Below are positions 59,262 to 64,000 of a stretch of DNA of 64,000 bases, piece by piece; positions within the stretch are counted from its first letter, which is position 1; every line of letters begins with the position of its first letter. The translations under genes were made by a program, and so were the position numbers. The stretch lies in assembly GCF_009914755.1 (NCBI RefSeq), contig NC_060935.1, one strand, 5' to 3'. The notes beneath the pieces are model-generated. The model ran no database searches, was not told the DNA's origin, and saw only the letters and a program-made list of their open reading frames with translations. The DNA is from the human T2T-CHM13v2.0 reference genome, Homo sapiens.

Positions 59262-62200
59262 GTCACAGGGAAACAGGGCCAGGCTTCCAGACAACACCAG
59301 CCCTGAATTCTGCCCTACCTGCAGGTTTCCAGAGCTCCATAAGATCGGAGCCACTTTGAGTTTTGGATATTCGGTGTTTTGTCTCTGAGTACCCCCCGAC
59401 AGCTACCCGGACCACTGCTTGCTCGTGTGTGTGATGGCCCCAACCCCAAGGCAAGACTGGCATCTGGCTGATGCTGAGGGGCTAATAAAGGATGGCCCCC
59501 TGCCCGTTCTCAAATGCCCTCCTATGGGTGCATGTGAGTCTGAGATGCATCAGGGACGGGCTTTCCTTTCAAGGCAGCCCTGTGTCTAAAGGACCCTGTT
59601 TAGGATAGAAATGCTCCAAGAATAGGTGACCCACAGCCAGTTAGCATCGCAGAGCATGAAGGAGTTGGTCAGGGAGGTGTGAAGCCAGCTGCCAGCCACC
59701 CTAGGGACTTGGATGGAAAGAGACCTTGGGCAGAGGGAAGAGAGGCAGAGCTTCCCTTCTGCCCAAGGTCTCTGTTGAGCAGACTCTGCTGAGCACGTGG
59801 CATGTCCTGTGACCCCCAATTAGGAAAGCAGTTGCGGGAACATATCTGCCTCCACATCACCGCCCCACAGGGGCATGGACTGCTTCCACATTATTTAAAG
59901 AGAAAGGAGGGCATGTTCTTCAGGTCTCCAAAGGGCTCCCTATTTCCCTGGGAGGGGAGTCGGGCGGAACATAAATAAGACAATTTATTCAGAGAAACCA
60001 TCTCCCCTATTTACATTTAAATTGAATAATTTAAAACACCTTTACCCATTTCCATAAATTATCCCCCGTCGGACGGGCAGCACAACTGTGCAGAGGGGGT
60101 TCCGTCCTGGGGAAAGGCCTAATTACATTCCCTGCACAAGGCTGGGTGGGAGAGGGAGCGTGGGGAGGTGGGCAGGGGCGGGCAGGCCTGGGAGGAGGGA
60201 GCTCCATGAGGGGCAGATGTTTGCCTTATAATTGGCAGGAAGAAGGGGGTGAGGTGATAAGAAAGTGAGGTGCCTTTAAGAGCTTTAAAATCCAGGGGTA
60301 AAGGGCCTCAAATCTTCCGCTTCACAGGAGCAAAGTCACTAGGACTGATCTCCTGCCTCCCAGCCAAGGGCATCACTCACACTTTAATCCTGGATCCTGG
60401 ATCATCTCTCCTAGTTTTACAACTTTTGCAGCCTCTACCTCCTGTACCAAGGGAGGAGGAGGAAGGGGAAGAAAGAGCAGGGTTTCCTCGGTGATGGGTT
60501 AGTCACGGTGTTTCCCAGGCACCTATTGTTTGCCAGGCTCTGAGCTGAGTGCTGGGGACACAGGGGTAACCAGCCCCAGCCCCACCCTCCAGGGCTCCCT
60601 GGGGATGGGGGAGGAAAGTGACTTTCATACAAGCTGCATACTCAGAGCAGAAGCAAGAGAGACAGAGAGACCCATAGGAGGTCAGAGGAGTGAGAAGAGC
60701 TGTCCCCTGGGGGTATCTGGGCTTCGTGGAGGAGGTGGCTCTTGAGGTGCCCCTTGGGGGATGGGTAGCCTTGGGCAGGTGCTAAGGTAGGTAGAGGGCA
60801 TCACCAAGCAAGGTACAGAAGCTAGGAGGTCTCGGAGCCAAGATGCCCACAGCAGACTGGAGAGGCTGGGGAGAGGAGCCTGTGGGAGAGGGGCCTGAGG
60901 CTGGGCTTTATCTTTCAGGAGGAAATGGAGAGGGTGCAGGAGGCAGAGCTGTTGCCGGGCTTGGTAGCCTTGCCATGGCACTATTTTCTTTAACAGCACA
61001 GAGAGAGCTTGCGTGGGTGGAGCCTGGGCATTTGGATTCTCTGTTATCAGCTTCTTTTAGGCTGCTTAAGGAGAGCTCTCCTATTGCCAGAATGCCTCCG
61101 TTTCCCCACCAAGGGCCCAGTGCAGCTGCAGGCTCTTCCCAGGTCCTGCTGATGCAGAGGGGGTCTGGCTCCTGCCAACTGCCTGCTAGCTCTTCCAGGC
61201 CCTGGTGTCTCTGTGCCTCCAGGATCTCCTGGGCTGTCACTCTTGAGTCGCCCAGACACGAGAACTACAGACCTTCCCCACCCTCGCCCAGGATCTCCTC
61301 TTGGCCTTTCCCAGAGATGGGGTTCTTGCCAGCTTCTCTCGTCTCTGGACTCAGATCAGAGCCCCAGATGACTCCACTCCTCCCCGACTGAGGGGGAAAT
61401 GGCTGGTGAACCGTGTGGTGATTTGGCTTAGAGAAGAGAACAGCCAAGGGTGGCTTGGAAGGAAGGCTGGTGACAGGCTTTTAAATGCTTAAGACAATCC
61501 TACAGGGCAGGCATCATTAGCTCTGCCTAAGAGATGAGGAAACTGAGGCTCCAAGCTGGGGAAAGCAGGACTTGCCCTCCGTTCTCTCTGCCTTTAAAGC
61601 CCCTGCTGCTGCTGGCAGGCTGAGCTGTGTCACTCGCGAGGATGCTGACAGCAGGGGCTGGTGAGCAGGGCCGCGCTGGGGGCCCTGTGAGCAGATGGGG
61701 CATAAACCTCTTTGGGAAAACAGATTAAAGTGGCCATGGTGGTGCTTAAAAGCTACGTGGTCCCCTTGCATGTTCATGGAATCTTATCAATGTGTTCCTC
61801 TGCCAACTTCAGGGGCCCTCCTGGGGGAGGAGGGGTGGATCCAGAAGTGAAAAATGCCTGTGGGACAAGGCACACCTGGCCCCGTCTCCTGCCTTTTCAG
61901 AGCCAAGGCTCCTAAAATAAGCTCCTCTATGCTAAGAAAGAGGGGTCTCCAGCAGTGGCCTCGGAGCTGCTTTTTAGCCTCTCCCAGCACCTGTCTCCTC
62001 CCATCAAGTCAGTGGCTTGTCCTCTCCTACAGATTCAGACCCGAATCTAGCATTGACTAGCCGTGTGACTCTGGGAAAGTCACTGTCCCGCTCTGAACCT
62101 GAGTCTTGCCTCAGAAGGTGGTCATGAGAGTTGGATGAGACTGTATAGTGAGGCACATGGCATGGAGTGGCATACCATGCAGCTGCTCCCTAAATGCCAG

Positions 62201-62394
62201 CTTCTGCTCTGATAGGCCTGCCGCCTGTTAAGGAGCTCCTTCTCGCCTTTCTCAAAAGTCCCAGGGAACCTTGTCTGGGAGACCTACCAGAGTGTACTCC
62301 CTGCAACAGCTGTCGCAACGTTTGGTGTCCTGTGACACTGAGGTGTTCAGTTTGCAGGTGTTTGCATGTGGCTGGTGGTAGAGCCGGGCCAGGC

Positions 62395-62605
62395 AGACCT
62401 GCTTCATCTCCTGGCTCCACTAACTTCTTGCTGTGTGACCTTAGGCAATTGACATAAGCCACTTGTGTCTCACTCTATTTGTGTCTCATTCTCCTCTTCT
62501 GTTAAAAGAGGCAAAATAATGGCTACCTTACAATGAAATTGTGAGAATTAAGTGAGAAATAAGTACATAGCATGGTGTGGAGTACACAGCAGTCACTCAG
62601 CAGCT
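62395..62605 (+). mobile_element. MIR
   Basis: gctgtgtgaccttaggcaa...ttgtgagaattaagtgaga. Confidence 0.7.
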
Positions 62606-63474
62606 GCGCTGTGTGTGTTGAGGGGGGTAGGCTGCTCCCTATCAGGCTGAGTCCTCCCAGGAAAGGACTGACTCCTCTTTGTCCTGGGTCTCCCCAAGCA
62701 CCAAACAAAGACAGTCCCCATTCTGGAGGGTTCACGCTAATCGGGGGGAAAAACCCATCCCCCTCCTACTGCTCACTTCCTAGGCTCCCAGGCCATTCAT
62801 CTTATTAACTTGGTAACTGTGCATTACTATTGGCAGAGGGCTTGCCAGTATGGCTGTGGAGCTATTTGGGAATGATTATCTTCCCTCTTTTGAGGTTTCC
62901 CATTTGAGTTTAGGGGATCAACGACCTACAAATGGAGATCTCCTATTTCATTCGACAAAGAGTGATTGAGTATCTAGGATGTGCAAAGCAAATGCTAAGC
63001 TGCATCCTGGGCTGGTATTGGGGCATCAGAGATACTGCAAGATCCTAGCCCCAAGGCATCCCCAGATGCCATCTTACTCTTGCCAGCCCAGCCCCAAGCA
63101 TGGTCAATTAGCCAACTTTTTAGCCCTGGGAGAGGGAGTCCAGCAACGGGCAAAGGGTGGTTTTGTCGGGGAGCACTGCCCCGGATGTCCTGGACAACGG
63201 CTCAGCCACAATCAGCTGTTTGATTTTTGAATGAGTTTCTAATTTCTCTTGGCCTCAGTTTTCTCATAAAATCAGGAATTTGATTGGATGACATTCAAGG
63301 TCACCTGTCTATCCTAAAGTACTGTATTTCTAGAACTTTAGGTTCTTTGGGGGGTCTAAACTGAATCCCTTTTGCTGCATTTTAAGCCAATGGGAACTAT
63401 ATACTTGGTAACAGGTGAGCAACATGGGGTAGGGGTGAACAAGCCTAGTTCTCAGCATAGAGAGCTGCATTTTT

Positions 63475-63821
<347 letters not shown>

Positions 63822-64000
63822 TAGTGAGAGAGCTCTGGTGGGATTGCATTCTAATTAAATATTTAATGGAGAGTGTCTGTCTGTTAAAATCACTGCCACT
63901 GCCTTGGGGATGGGTCTCCTTTGTATTCTTATTTGCAGCTTGCCTGCAAATTGCAGGACTAAGCCTAGCGGGAAATCTCCCCCTAAGACCACGTGGGATC

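Noticed and set aside
57858-59380. Old MLT1-type LTR fragments and the 175-aa ORF at 58573-59100
   Set aside because: Too diverged to delimit; the ORF has no recognisable homology and appears to run into LTR-like DNA.

Overview
Primate, almost certainly human, non-coding genomic DNA (intergenic or a large intron). I found no credible intact protein-coding exon or RNA gene. The only recognisable protein fragments in the ORF track are decayed LINE-1 ORF1/ORF2 pieces; the other ORFs are artefacts of Alu, SVA, VNTR or GC-rich sequence. The window is dense in interspersed repeats: Alus of J, S and Y age plus free monomers, a near-full-length L1MA-type element, old L1ME/L1MB and L2 fragments, MIRs, THE1/MST/MLT/ERV LTRs and Tigger/MER DNA transposons. 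These are interleaved with AT-rich, homeobox-motif-rich unique islands that resemble conserved enhancers. Highlights: (1) a full-length SVA (SVA_F-like) whose 15-bp TSD also encloses a 167-bp 3'-transduced LTR fragment and a second poly(A) tail; (2) a 92-nt near-perfect fold-back palindrome; (3) a 22 x 24-bp minisatellite grown inside an ERVL LTR, with a 120-bp higher-order unit and 17 TGACAG motifs; (4) a small CpG-rich patch with a strong CTCF motif. Repeat subfamily names come from recalled consensus sequences, not a database run, and boundaries of old repeats are approximate.
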